A DNA stretch of 64,000 bases from Sphyrna mokarran (taxonomy: Eukaryota), in assembly GCA_024679065.1 (NCBI GenBank), contig JAGIQG010000001.1, positions 123,132,001 through 123,196,000 of the forward strand. The letters run 5' to 3'. The position numbers were made by a program, and so were the translations under genes. This document shows, in pieces, positions 52,163 through 64,000 of this stretch. The stretch's first letter is position 1; each line of letters starts with the position of its first letter. The notes under the pieces were generated by a model. It saw only the letters and a program-made list of their open reading frames with translations, ran no database searches and was not told where the DNA came from.

Positions 52163-52574
52163 AATCTTATAGGGTGAGAACCTAATATGCATTCAGAACA
52201 GCCAACCTGAGCCAACGAAGGCAGAAAAATCTGACTATCTGGCACATTCACATAGCACATTGAAAATTTCTGGAGCTTTGGAAAACTTTTATTTGTCAGG
52301 CACAAAATACCTTGTTCCTCATGATAATTTATATATAAACTTATTTTCATGCTGTCTTATTTGGCAGTATTTTAATGCTGAAATCAATGAACAAAAAACA
52401 CAGGCAGCCAGTTAAATTACTCAATCTTCAAACTGCTTTTGGCAACCTTGTTGCTTTTCTCACTCATCGAGCTTAATATAGCTTAGCAAAGAAATACACA
52501 AAAACATTCTTTAAAAAAAGTTTTCTTAACATAACCTTAAACCTACAAACTGTGATTTAAAAACACATTTTTAT

Positions 52575-53557
52575 CTCTATTATGGTTTTTAGAAAACAGT
52601 GTTCCCCAAGGGGCAGCACTAGGGCCACCGCTTTTGTTAATGTTTATTAATAACTTGGACTGAGGTATACAGAGCAACATTTCAAAAGTTGCAGATGATG
52701 CAAAATTAGAAGTGTGGTAAACAGTGAGAAGGGTAGTGATAATCTTCAAAAAAGTGAGGACAAGCTGTTGGAAATAATGTATACGTGGCAAATGAAAATT
52801 AGCACATTGAAGTGCAAAGTGATATATTTTAAAAGGATGAACAGGGAAAGGCAGTATAAATGAATGTACAATTCTGAAGGGAGTGCAAGAACAGAGAGAC
52901 TAAGGTGGCAATAGTGGTGATAGCGGCATACGCACACAGATCATTTAATGCAGGAGGACAGGTTGAGAAAAGCATATAGGATCCTGGGCTTTATAAATAG
53001 AGTCACCTGTGGAATAGAAAAGCAAAGAAGTTATGATGATGTGTGATGTATGAAATATTGGTTCTGCCACAACTGGAGTATTGTGTCCAATTCTGGGCAC
53101 CACACTTTACGCAAAAACTTTAGCAAGAAATTAGCAAGGATGTTAAAGAATAATTCCAGACTTGAAGGACTTCTGTTAGATTGGAGAAGCTAGCACAGAG
53201 AAGATTGAGAGAAGAAGTTTTCCAAATTGTGAGATTTCTTGACAGAGCAAACAGAAAGACATTGCTTCCCTTGGTGAAAGGGTTGAGAACCAAAGGATAC
53301 AGATTTATGGTGATTGGCAAAAGGACCAAAGACAACATGAACAAACTTTTGCCAGCATGTGATTATGATTTTGAATGCACTGCTTGAAAAGTGGAAGGTT
53401 CAATCATGCTTTTCAAAATAGTATTATATTAGTATATGGTGGAAAGAAATGAAGGGCAACAACGAAAGGGGAGGGTATTGAGAATACCCTGATCGCTCTT
53501 TAAAAGTATTTGAAGGACCAAATGGCCTCCACCTGTGCTGTAATCATTCTATGATTC
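52575..53557 (+). mobile_element. Degraded CR1 LINE (RT C-half plus tail)
   Basis: VPQGAALGPPLLLMFINNLD, VADDAKL, LEYCVQFWAPH, tail gaccaaatggcctccacctgtgctgtaatcattctatgattc. Confidence 0.9.
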
Positions 53558-53942
53558 AATGTAGACCAAGGGCCAGATTCTCAGGCAGGAGACTCTGGAA
53601 CCATTTGAAAATAGTAGGCAGGTCCCAATTCCAAGATTCCCTTTCCTAAACCCACTCCTGGATCCCCCACTATATCTTCGTGCACGATAAAGGTGTGGTA
53701 GTGAACCTGCATCCTACACTCCTCACCTGCTGTGCTACATTGTGAACATAGGCATCACCAACCCCCTGGCAATTTTAATGGAGTCACGTCAGCTTCTCCA
53801 TAATTTGTGTTTCATGGCTGTCAGGGGAATCATGAATACTATCAGGATTTGGGAACTTTTGAAGGGTAACTTCAAAGCCCTTGCCCTCCTCCCATGCCAA
53901 CTTAATGCAAATGTTGCCTGCCACACAGTCTGTTTTAACCCT

Positions 53943-54724
53943 TATACGGTGGACAAATAACTATAAGTAGATGTCTTGTTAGTACAACCTATATTTATTT
54001 AAACCCACACAACCAATAATCACCCACCCAACCAAGAATAAGTTATCTTACAGGAAAATACTAAAGTTCAATTCCTTGAGTCCTTGACTTAATTTTGCGG
54101 GACTGGCAAATACCCAAGCAGATATTGGTCTTTATCTGTACGCTGGTCTTGGTAGTCATCTGCGTAGTCTGGTACTTTGGTGTGGCACTCTGGCTGTGGT
54201 CTTCCTTCCTTTCTTCTCGGGTACGGTGGCTCTCCATTGTTATAGCTCGTTCGTGGGGTCGAGAGAGAGAGAGATTCGTGGTTGAGTAGCACCCCTTATA
54301 CTCTGTTTGGTTTCACGCCCCTTTTTAGCCATTGCCAATCCATTGATCAGGACTTGATCACCCTTATCGATAAGAGTCCAATCAGGTGCTACCACACTCA
54401 TCTCTGGGTGTGTCCGCAATGGCCATGTCTGTAGGTGCTGAAGGCATATAGGTCATATACCTCCCTCCTAAATAAGGGTTCATGGTGCCCTCATGTCTGG
54501 TACACAACCCAGTGTGACCAAAAAGTCTCCTTCGTCCTGGAGATGAAACAACCCAGTGTGACTATAAAATCCCTTTCATCCTGGAAATGACCCATATCCT
54601 GTTTATTCACTCGTCAGCCTGTTTGTCTCTGTCTTTAAACTGCAGCCTGTTGTTTTAATTTCTTGCCCACTTGTCCCAGAGTGTTTTACAAATCACCATT
54701 TGAGATGACCCATTTGGCCATACA
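53943..54724 (-). repeat. About 780-bp solo retroviral-type LTR
   Basis: Minus strand starts tgtatgg, has two 44-bp direct repeats (about 54504-54590), CCAAT/ATTGG boxes (54330-54382), TATA gtataagg (about 54295) and aataaa (about 53995). Confidence 0.7.
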
Positions 54725-55095
54725 AACTTATGCCCCCACTATACCTATGGTGCTTATAGTCCTCTTGCCCCCCCTTCTCCACCCCAGCCCCTCATAATCT
54801 CTATGTCAACCCATGACTCTTCCATGCTTACTCACACACCATGCACATAATTTGCAGGATGAATGAACAGTAGCAATGGCATTGTGAAACTGCTTAGAAA
54901 AAGTACCATTTTATAATTTTCTGAAAGCAAACTAGTGTTCCTACAACCCTATAATAGTATCAATCACACAGGACATTAAACTATTAGTAACAGAAACTCT
55001 AAGCATTTGATACCTTGTAACCTTGTGTAGATAAACTTTGAGACATTGACAAAAGACGTGACAGAAAAATCAGCTTATTACAAACTCTCAGAGAT

Positions 55096-55402
55096 GGGCA
55101 GCATGGTGGCACAGTGGTTAGCATTGCTACTTACAGCAGCAGGGACCCAGGTTCGAATCCCGGCTTGGGTCATTCTCTGTGGAGTTTGCATGTTCTCCCC
55201 ATGTCTGCAGGGTTTCCTCCGGACGCTCTGATTTCCTCCCACACTCCAAAAATGTGTGGGTTAGGTGGGTTGGTCATGCTAAATTGCCTGTTAGTATCAG
55301 GGGGACTTCGCATGAGGTTATGGGGATAAGACCTGGTTGGGACTGTGGTCAGTGCAGACTTGATGGGCCGAATGGCCTCCTTCTGCACTGTAGGATTCTA
55401 TG
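55096..55402 (+). mobile_element. Full-length HE1-like V-SINE
   Basis: gggcagcatggtggcacagtggttagca (A box), ggttcgaatccc (B box), V-domain, and CR1-type tail gggccgaatggcctccttctgcactgtaggattctatg. Confidence 0.93.
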
Positions 55403-56559
55403 AAATGAGAATCAAGCAAAATCAAAATTTCCTTGCCCATGTATCAACAAACTCAATTTTTTTTGAGTTTGAGTTCTCAGCCAAGATTCTCATGCATTCT
55501 TCAGTTGCAGCAAATCACATAGGCACATATATGCATTCGTATCCCAATATTATGCCTCACATTTGCCATCCAATATTATTACCCAGAACTCCTTTTTCTG
55601 AATCCTAACCTTGTGAGAGAAGGGACCAATGCGTGTCAGGTGGTGATCTCTTCCCTGATCTGAGTGAATGAAAATGGTTCTTCATTTTCCTCCCCCTTCT
55701 CTTCAGTATTAGCTTCACCCCATCTTGTGACCTAACTCTGATGATCTCACACATACTAGTATTTCCTTGTTTATGTGAGAGGCAGAGCAGAGTTGTTAGT
55801 GTTCTCTAGTATATTGTCCTAACAAGGAGGGGGGTCACCTGCTCTAGATTTTGAGACAGCAATCACACATGCCTGCTAGAGGCTAATTAGTGTCTAAAGC
55901 TGTCGGATTTTATTGAACATTGGATGCATCTGCTTCAAGAAGGCAACAGTCGGTTGCCCTGACTCCTTCAAAGCTGCTCCTGAATTTTCCACTTTCTCAT
56001 TTAGTCTTGATTTTCTAACTCAATATTTTGTTCCAGTGTTTACCCTATTTTTTGTCTTGTATAATGTGTCATGTGTTTCCTGTTCCAAGCATATTTAATT
56101 GTGCAGGGTAGCAGTGCTCTCCTACCTACCATCTCTTCTTTTTTTAAAACATGTCTTTGTCTTTAATTATTTGTGCTTTTATTGAAACTCATGTGATTGA
56201 GGAAGCTTGACAGGGTGGACGCTGAGAGGATGTTATGAGGGAACCTGTGCTTTTAAATTAAATTATATTTTTTGAGGCAGAGCTTAATTAAAACCAACTG
56301 AAAAGTGTAGCAGAAAGGGAATTGGAACAGCTTAACATAGGAAAACTGACCCTCCAGCTTCTTTAAAAAAAACGAATTGTTGGCTGGCAATCAGACTAAC
56401 TCCAAGAAAGTTGTGAGCTGAATTCTTTGTGAGGAACAAAGAGTTTTGGAGGACTTTATATTCAAATGTGTTCATGAAAAATCTGGGTGGACAACTGAGC
56501 CAATTTGTAAGATTTGTCTTAGTTGTTTCTGCCATTTCTTGCAAAAGTCATTTCATCAT

Positions 56560-56830
56560 AGATGCATTTCATCATAGATCCCACAGCCTGCTCACTTGCT
56601 TACAACCTGTCACACCAACATTGGGCATCTTCAACTGTTTTGCACTGGCCAAGACCTTTGTCCAGCCAAGCAGTACAAGTGGGGCCTTGCTAGGAACCGA
56701 AACTGCAGCTGTGGTGCACCCCAATCAGTAACTCATATCATTGAAGACTGTAGCCTAAGAAAATTCAGTGGAATGCTCTGAAAGGTCCATTTAGACATTA
56801 CAGAAGCTATTCCCTTGGTTCGTGATTACC
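56560..56830 (+). mobile_element. Vingi/Ingi-clade LINE C-terminal zinc-finger fragment
   Basis: FCTGQDLCPAKQYKWGLARNRNCSCGAPQSVTHIIEDCSLRKFSG matches the I-group CCHC motif RTG...C....KWG......C.CG..Q...HI...C. Confidence 0.7.
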
Positions 56831-57974
56831 ACACACACTTAAAAAAATGGCATTGCAGTTTCAAGAGGTTGAATAGTGTACTCCTATTTCTTATGGTCTT
56901 AACACATTTAGGTCGACTTCGTTGTATTTGAATTTATAAGTCACAGGAAGGGATATATACTAACATTTCCGGAATTTTCTGCTGCTCTCAGTCTGTTTAA
57001 TCAGACTGCGTGCATAAAAGATAAATGTGAATATTTATATTGATGGCATCATCTGATAGAAAACAACTTGCTGGAAAAAATATTTAGTAAAGGTCTGTTG
57101 ATGGGAGTTTTCTTTTGAGGGTAGGGGAGAGATGTAGGAAGGATTCCAACTTCTCTCTCAAGTTGTATCACAAGAGCATAATTGATATACCATTTTCAAA
57201 GGTTTTTATTCCCTGCTCAATCTGTCGTACAGACTGGATGGACCAATTACATTAATACACAATATTTATCGCGGCCAGTAACATTCTATTTCCTGGCATT
57301 ATTAGGAATTCATTAGCTAATTTGACTCAAAATCCTTCCTCTATTGCTTAACAACCTGCTTACTTACATCAGGCTGTTGTCAGACCATGAGAATTGTTAA
57401 AGAATCACTTCTCCTGTCTGGATGGCCATATCTTTATCAGCAAAAGCTGAATATTTCCATTCATTGCAATTAGCACCTAAACATCTCTATTCATTTGTAA
57501 TATCATCAATTCTCCAACTGCAAGTGGAGATTTTGCTCTAATAATTCTGTAACCTTCATTACAAGAAAATGCAGTCTATCTGATTTCACATTTTCCCATT
57601 ACGCTGTGGGGCAATTGCTTTTGACCAAAGCTCACAAATACCTTTAAAACTATATTTCAAAGTTTCAATACTTGTTAAAAATCTATTACTGCGGTTAATA
57701 AATAATACCTTTGCATAATATAAGTAGGAGACACATCATGATACTTTCGGTATAAAATACAATATGATCTCTAACTAACCTATTTTGGTTTAAATAGAGA
57801 TTTCAGTATCCCCTGCTATAGTCCCCCTTCTTGGCCCTTGGCTAGCCCAAGAATAGACCACTAAGTAGATGTATCCCAATAAGCATCCTTTTAGATAACC
57901 TGATTTCTGATACTCTTACTTCCCTACTGTAACTGCCATCACTGATGCTATGCTTTTCATGGACTTAGAAAGTC

Positions 57975-59440
57975 ACGTACATCTGCATTTGATTAGTATA
58001 CAATTATTAATAACACTAGGATTACAATGAAAAATAATATAATCCCTTGCAGGATCAGCGTTCCCAAAGAGCCTAGCCAGGTTGAGAGGTAACTACCTAA
58101 GGTAAATGGTTCAGGTCTTTAAGTTTCTTCATCTCCTTCTTGATGTATTCAAACAGGTTAGTTATGTTTTCTGAACTGTCTAACATTTACGTGCAACATT
58201 CTGATCCAATAACTGCACATCCCTCTCTTTGCTGTCAAAACATAATCCAATGCCATTCTATGTTAAGGCACCACAGTACACGTGGCAACAATTTCATCAT
58301 TGATCTTTGTGAGGGCAGTTGCTGTACTGGCAACTTATTCCAAAATGGAGTGCGCAATCACAATTTCTCATATTGTTTTAGCCACTCCAAATTGGGGAAA
58401 TTTTATGCCAAAAAACCATTCTGTCTTCATGATAGCTCGACAATGTCTTGGCAGGTGAGGGAGTTCAGGAGTGTGAAATATGTACGGAATTACATATCCA
58501 AGGTAACAGACCTCTTCCATATGACAGGAAGATAAACATACATGCTATCGCCACAAATCCAATGTACCAGCCCACTAAAGCAATACAATATATTACACGA
58601 CTGGTCATTACTGGTAGATTCAGGCATTGCACACTCCTTGGGGTTACTATATAATCACATTTACTTACACCCTTTTTTGTCCCAGAACCTCCCAAATTGT
58701 CAGGCAATAGATTTCTCTTTGTTTTCGTTTTGGCTGCTTTAAAGCTAGGCTAGGAGCTGACCTTATTAGATTAGATGTGTACCCCTCTTATAATTTAACC
58801 TTGCTGCACAGGCCTCTTTTTTGTAAAACTCTTCCCTTGCCTCCCAACTTGAAAATCCTGATAAGCAGGTATATCCCCTCCCTCATGAATAGAAACACAT
58901 GAACAAACCCAACAATTTGTCTGATTCGTTAACCTAACATGTACATGCCAAATATAAGTAAGTACTAACATGCACCTGCCAAGGGAAACGTTGAAAGACC
59001 TCAGTTGCTGGTCCCACCTGAGTCAAATTCTGTCCATTTAATACTAAAAAGGTAAAAACACATTTATTCATAATGAGCTCTTACAGTCAAATCCCAACTG
59101 TTGGTCAATGTCAAGTAAGTAAAACTTATTTACAAACTTATGTAGCAACCACGTACACTCTGTTACATGCTCTTGTCTTGCTTCTGTGTTGGGGTATGTT
59201 CAGTTAATTTTGATTGTAGCTGAAGATGTTCAAAGAACTTCGCTATAGCAGATGATATTCTGCGAAAATAAACCAAAGGTGCCTTATAGTCTGTAAATTT
59301 AATAACTTGTTAATTAAATCATTTCTACTTCCCCTTTTCTAAAAACTCCACTGCAATTAATGCCATGATCGAGGCTAATCTAATAAATTGCAAATTCAAA
59401 TTCTCTTTATTAATGTTGCTGTAAATATAAAATTTCAGGA
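57975..59440 (-). pseudogene. env: ERV env pseudogene, gamma-type (SU CxxC; TM ISD plus CX6CC; TM anchor)
   Basis: TNQTNCWVCS (about 58900-58930), YWICGDSMYVYLPVIW, RHCR|AIMKTEWFFGIKFPQFGVA, *HRMALDYVL..CAVIGSECCT, WLGSLGTLILQGIILFFIVILVLLIIVY; stops and frameshifts throughout. Confidence 0.88.
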
Positions 59441-59885
59441 TTGCTCGTTCGGGTAAGGTTTTAACTGGGTCCAGTGTCGCCATCGTACTATACTTCTCAT
59501 TGAACAGGACACATGATTGTCCTGTAAGCACCACTCACAATGCCTTTCCCAAAAGGATCCAAATCCTTTTTTGTTTGTCATTAACTTCACCATTACCTTA
59601 TCTTCTGTGTAAACATTTAGGAGTATTCTCTTTTGCCAGTTTAGGTCAGTCTTTGTGCTGCTGCTGAGTGATTAACAGTGTACCGTAGTTGCCACTTGAA
59701 TTTGTAAATAAGTTTTACTTACTTGACATTGACCAACAGTTGGGATTTGACTGTAAGAGCTCATTATGAATAAATGTGTTTTTACCTTTTTAGTATTAAA
59801 TGGACAGATTTTGACTCAGGTGGGACCAGCAACTGAGGTCTTTCAACGTTTCCCTTGGGAGGTACATGTTAATACTTATATTTGA
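58949..59885. repeat. Long inverted repeat (arms about 58949-59165 and 59672-59885)
   Basis: Core 58979-59136 is the reverse complement of 59701-59858 with 1 mismatch in 158 bp. Confidence 0.96.
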
Positions 59886-61950
59886 CACACACTTGCTCTT
59901 TGAGAGAATGTAAATAATCTATTAAATCTCTCATATTGAAATATTGCCTCTTGGCCTATTTCATGTTCACCTCCACCTGTAATTGCTGGGAAGTGCATTG
60001 TCCTGCCTGTCTTCATTTCAAAATGGGTTAGTCCTATTCCATGAGCAGTTTGGGATTAGTCCTGTTCCATGAGTAGCCTTTTGTCACAGCAATATTGCAG
60101 GTGAAGCTCACACCCAATTGCTTTTTTTCTTCTAAAATAGTTTTAGCTAGACTATTGTTCAGTGTTTGCTTCATATGTTTCACTATCCCTGAGCTCTGAA
60201 GGTACTTTGGTAATATGAAATCTTTGCTTTATTCCTAGCATTCAACAGACTTCCTCTGAAGTTCTTCCTGTGAAGTGAGTTCCTTGGTTTGAATCTAATT
60301 ATCTCATTTATAGAATCCTACAATGCAGAAGGAGGCCATTTGTCCTATCGAGTCTGCACCAACCATAATCCCACTCAGGCCCTATCCCCATAACCCCATG
60401 CATTTACCCTAGGTAATCCCCCTGACACTTCAGCATAGCCAATCCACCTAATTTGACATCTTTGGACTGTGGGAGGAAATTGGAACACCCGGACGAAACC
60501 CACACAGATATGGAGAAAATGTGCAAACTCCACACAGACAGTGACTCCAGCTGGGAATTGAACCCAGGTCCCTTGCACTGTGAGACAGCAGTGCTAACCA
60601 CTATGTCACCTTGCCTCCCCAAAGACATGGAACATTAGTCCAACAAAGACATTAGTCTACTATATTTGCCAATAGTAAATTAATCTACAATTACCAAACA
60701 ATATGTTTTTCCTTGGACCCTTGGCAAAGGTTCTATAAAATCCATTTGTAAATTTTCCCATAGTCCGTTGGGTTTTGGCTAACTTGCCATTTTAATGTTC
60801 AGTTATTCTGCGGGGATGATCTGGCTCCACTAGAATGCACTGCAAACATCTCTGATAAAACTTCACCATATCTCTTCCCATCTGTTTCCACCACCAACAT
60901 TCACTTATCAAATTAAACATTTTGTCTCTGCCTATGTTAATCTGTGGTACATTTTCAACAATAATTGCTATATTACCTCAGAGACTATTATTTTTTCTTC
61001 CCTTCTCCATAGTCCATCTGATCTTTCTCCATCATTATCCAATATTTACTTTTCGTTGTCACCTACTTATTCTTGCATTTGTTTCACATCAATATCTGAG
61101 CTCTCCCTGAGTACTAAAGTTGCTACTCCTGTAGCCTTTTTCCATTCCCAATTCTGTCCCACTAAAGCCTTCATCAGCTTTATCAGCTAAGCTGTTTTCT
61201 TCCTGTGCCTGACTTGTAATTTTTCAGTGGGCTTGAACTTTTGCTACTGCTGTTTCTAGGGGGCTATGAGCTGCTCGCAGTAAATTCCTAATTAAATCCT
61301 CCTGCTATATATGTCCTCCACTAGAGTACAAAACCACATCTGATCCAGGCTGTAATCATGCAGTATTCCAAACGCTTATCTATTGTAGGTATAAATATTG
61401 ACCTGTTCTTCGCTCCGTTCTAAAGCCTTAGGTAAAACCAACGATTCTGCTACTTATGCTGAATTATTCCTGAGAATTGCTCTCCTGCAATCACCGTTCC
61501 TTCATCATCTACCACCACTATGCTTTGTGAAATTCTCCATTGACATACTTCCTTGCCCCATCAACATATGGGTTAATTACTCCTTCATCTGCAAGTGGTT
61601 CCTCCGCTAACCCTCCACTTGCTTCCTCAGTCACTTCCTCAACCCATTCATTTTCCATTCCTTGCACTCCTGGGGGACTCTCCCTCACTCCTGCGGGATT
61701 CTCCCTTACATCTCTGCTGATCGCTACATGTCTGTGTCCTGGTAGTCATGGCTTGTTTTAGATTCTTTCTCTTCCCATCCCACTCTCTTGCATCTAACTC
61801 TTCCTCCTTTGATCGGCTCCTGTAAAGACTTTACCAGCACTGCATAATTTCTTACAAAATTTCTACAGTAATTAAAAAGGTTCCAATATTTTTCTAGTGA
61901 GAGGCCTTTGCACACAAAGTATAACTTTCTCTCAGTCCTCTGGAATTTCT
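59450..61950 (-). pseudogene. pol: ERV pol pseudogene (RT thumb, RNase H, integrase)
   Basis: Motifs listed for the ERV; interrupted by a SINE at 60310-60618 and by an inverted env copy at 59672-59885. Confidence 0.88.
60310..60618 (-). mobile_element. Full-length HE1-like V-SINE inserted in the ERV integrase
   Basis: Minus strand ggaggcaaggtgacatagtggttagcactgc..gggttcaattccc, V-domain, and CR1 tail. Confidence 0.92.
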
Positions 61951-64000
61951 TTTTTTACTAAATTCTACAACATAATAACATCTTTGAAACAGAGATCAAA
62001 CCCTTCAATTTGATTCCAGGCAGTAACGTATTTTTGTCGCACATTCTTTATTTTAGGTAGCATTATTTTATTAAGGTAGCTTGTTTACAGCACATTTTCT
62101 TATATCAGAATTATTCCAAACTCAGAAAACAGTGTTGTGGGCTTTCAAATATTCATTAGTATTTATCTTATCACTTCTTTATATAAAAAATGTTGTTGTC
62201 CATAGCTATCACCTAAACTTTTTTTTAAGAATCGCTTCAAAAATTGATTTTCGTGTATCACCATTGTTGTTCCCTATATCCATCAAATGAATCCCACCTT
62301 TAATACTATCCTCCTCCATTTATTATTAGCTCTTCGAAAATGTCTCTTTTACCCTGTTCACTTCCCATATCTCATCTGTACAATGCATGGCTGTTCCTTT
62401 CCTTTAATGTTCATTTATTCCACTGGATTATTTCCCTCATCTCTAACTATAATAATCTGTTAGTTTAGTAGTAAAAGCTGGCTTTCCATTTGAGCCCACT
62501 TGACACCTTATGCAGTTTTCAACCCTCCCAGATTCAAAATTTACAACAGGGTGTGCATGCCTCTGAACTACTTCTCTCAGCCTTGTCATTGATTCACAAA
62601 TTTTAAACATCCATTCTCACAATTCCACTAAAATGCTTTAAGATCACTATCATTGTTGAACAGCCCTAATTTGATTGGTGCTATTATCACCAGTTATTCA
62701 TTAGGGGTGAATGTTCACATTCCCTCCTCACTAAATATTCTTCTCCCTCTGCTGGATTTTAATTTGAGTTAGCAATTTCTACTATATTGGTTTAAAGTTA
62801 TTACAAATCTTTAAAGCATAAAGATCCATCCTGTCTGGGACAGAATTGGTTAATTTTCTACTTGTTTCAAGAGAGGCAGAGTAAGCTTTCTCAAGTGGAC
62901 ATCAAGACATCATTCAAAAAACTCCGTACTGACTCCTCTTTCAGAAACTAATTTTAAATTTGACAAGAAGTTTTAGTCCAGATTGATCCAAAACTAGATT
63001 TATCCTTTATTATTCTCAATGTAAGTTTCATTTTTTTTATATTCAGTTATGTTTACAACTCAGTTCCCAGTATCAGATTGATACAAAATCAAATCAACTG
63101 TTTGCTGAAATGGTTAAATTTCTTGCAACTTTATAGATGTAATCCCATTTTGAGATTGATACAGTTTTTAAATGTTCTTTTCCAAAATGGCTGCGCTCAA
63201 ATCTCTGTCAAGCTCTTTTCCCTTCTATTGAAAATGATTGTGGCCGCTGACCATTTCCAAGATTAAGGAATTTCAAAAATCTATATTCATTCCAACCTCT
63301 TTGATCTTAACTCTGCATCTATCTCACTATTATAAAACCTCAACAGGGGAACATTTATAAAACTTATAATTTATTAAACACACACACATAAACATAAATA
63401 GAAACCTTTGTTTTCTTTTGTCCAACCTATAATTAAATTCCAAAGATAAGATATCTGCCATACTGTACTCCACCATCCGAGGATGATCCAACCCCTGTAA
63501 TCACACACTGTGTCTAAACGAACCAACTGTTTGCATTTCTGTCTTTTTTTTTAACTCTTTTGAGTCCTATTCTCAACATAACTGAGACTGTCACTACTCT
63601 TCTGGCCCCCACGGGGACCTCTAGTGCTTCCTCCAGTACTTTCACCACTTTTCCATTTTACCAAGCACGCCTTAGCACTAACTTTTCTGTCCTTCTGTGA
63701 GGATCTCTAGCGCCAGTAACCTCCATCACCTCTTTGCGCAGCTCTCTCTCTCTCTCCAAGTGCTTCACCATTGTGCAGCCTTTTAGCTCTGATGGGCGGA
63801 GTGTTCCAGGGTCTTTTTAGTCTTCCGTATTGAGCGTAACCAACCTCTCATGTCTTTTCCCATTGCGCAGCTTCTTACTCCACTGTACAAGGCAGTAGCA
63901 TGTGTCCGTGCACGCACCCTTTGAGCGCAATTTAGCATTCAGTGACACTCTATTGCAAACCCTCACGTCGATTCGGGTGAGTAAGTTTATTGCTCTGATG

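Larger units (their letters stand above)
57700..64000 (-). mobile_element. Degenerate endogenous retrovirus (gag-pol-env), internally deleted
   Basis: Minus-strand order: R/U5-like region with AATAAA (about 63988), PBS-like TGGCGCT (63716), gag-like region, RT thumb LFNYCRNFVRNYA, RNase H YVDGAR..NIYT..KVQAH..ENSLAD, integrase HHCC and LQMDFIEPLP, DSNQGTHFTG, HWTQLK, env, then PPT aagaagggggac (about 57822). Confidence 0.9.

Noticed and set aside
54504-54590. Two 44-bp direct repeats considered as a CRISPR-like array
   Set aside because: Only two adjacent units with no spacers, in an LTR U3 context within eukaryotic DNA.
55096-55165. tRNA-like A and B boxes
   Set aside because: This is a SINE head, not a tRNA gene; it continues into the V-domain and LINE tail.
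58946-59167. Inverted-repeat arm interpreted as a solo LTR (TG...CA, AATAAA)
   Set aside because: The left arm reads as env SU leading into the CWVC motif, so it is native env sequence.

Overview
Eukaryotic, AT-rich, repeat-dense genomic DNA. The repeat complement (HE1/V-SINE-like tRNA SINEs with CR1 tails, a Deu-domain SINE, HER1/CR1 LINEs, Penelope relics) points to a cartilaginous fish, most likely a shark; this is inference from recognised repeat families. I found no host protein-coding gene, rRNA, tRNA or CRISPR array that I can support, so the window looks intergenic or intronic. It contains many truncated CR1 LINEs and SINEs and four decayed Gypsy LTR elements, two of which keep both LTRs and lie tail-to-tail at 6.3-17.3 kb. 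It also holds Harbinger transposase and Myb relics with related MITEs, RTE and Vingi/Ingi fragments, several solo LTRs, and a decayed minus-strand endogenous retrovirus at about 57.7-64 kb with a gamma-type env and an apparent protease/RT-core deletion. The most unusual sequence-level signals are a 158-bp near-perfect inverted duplication of env sequence into the ERV integrase, a 110-bp near-identical duplication inside an old Gypsy element, a 28-bp-stem hairpin and hammerhead-ribozyme-like cores in Penelope ends. I do not see convincing evidence of an intact novel functional system. All family calls come from motif recognition, not database searches, and most boundaries are approximate.
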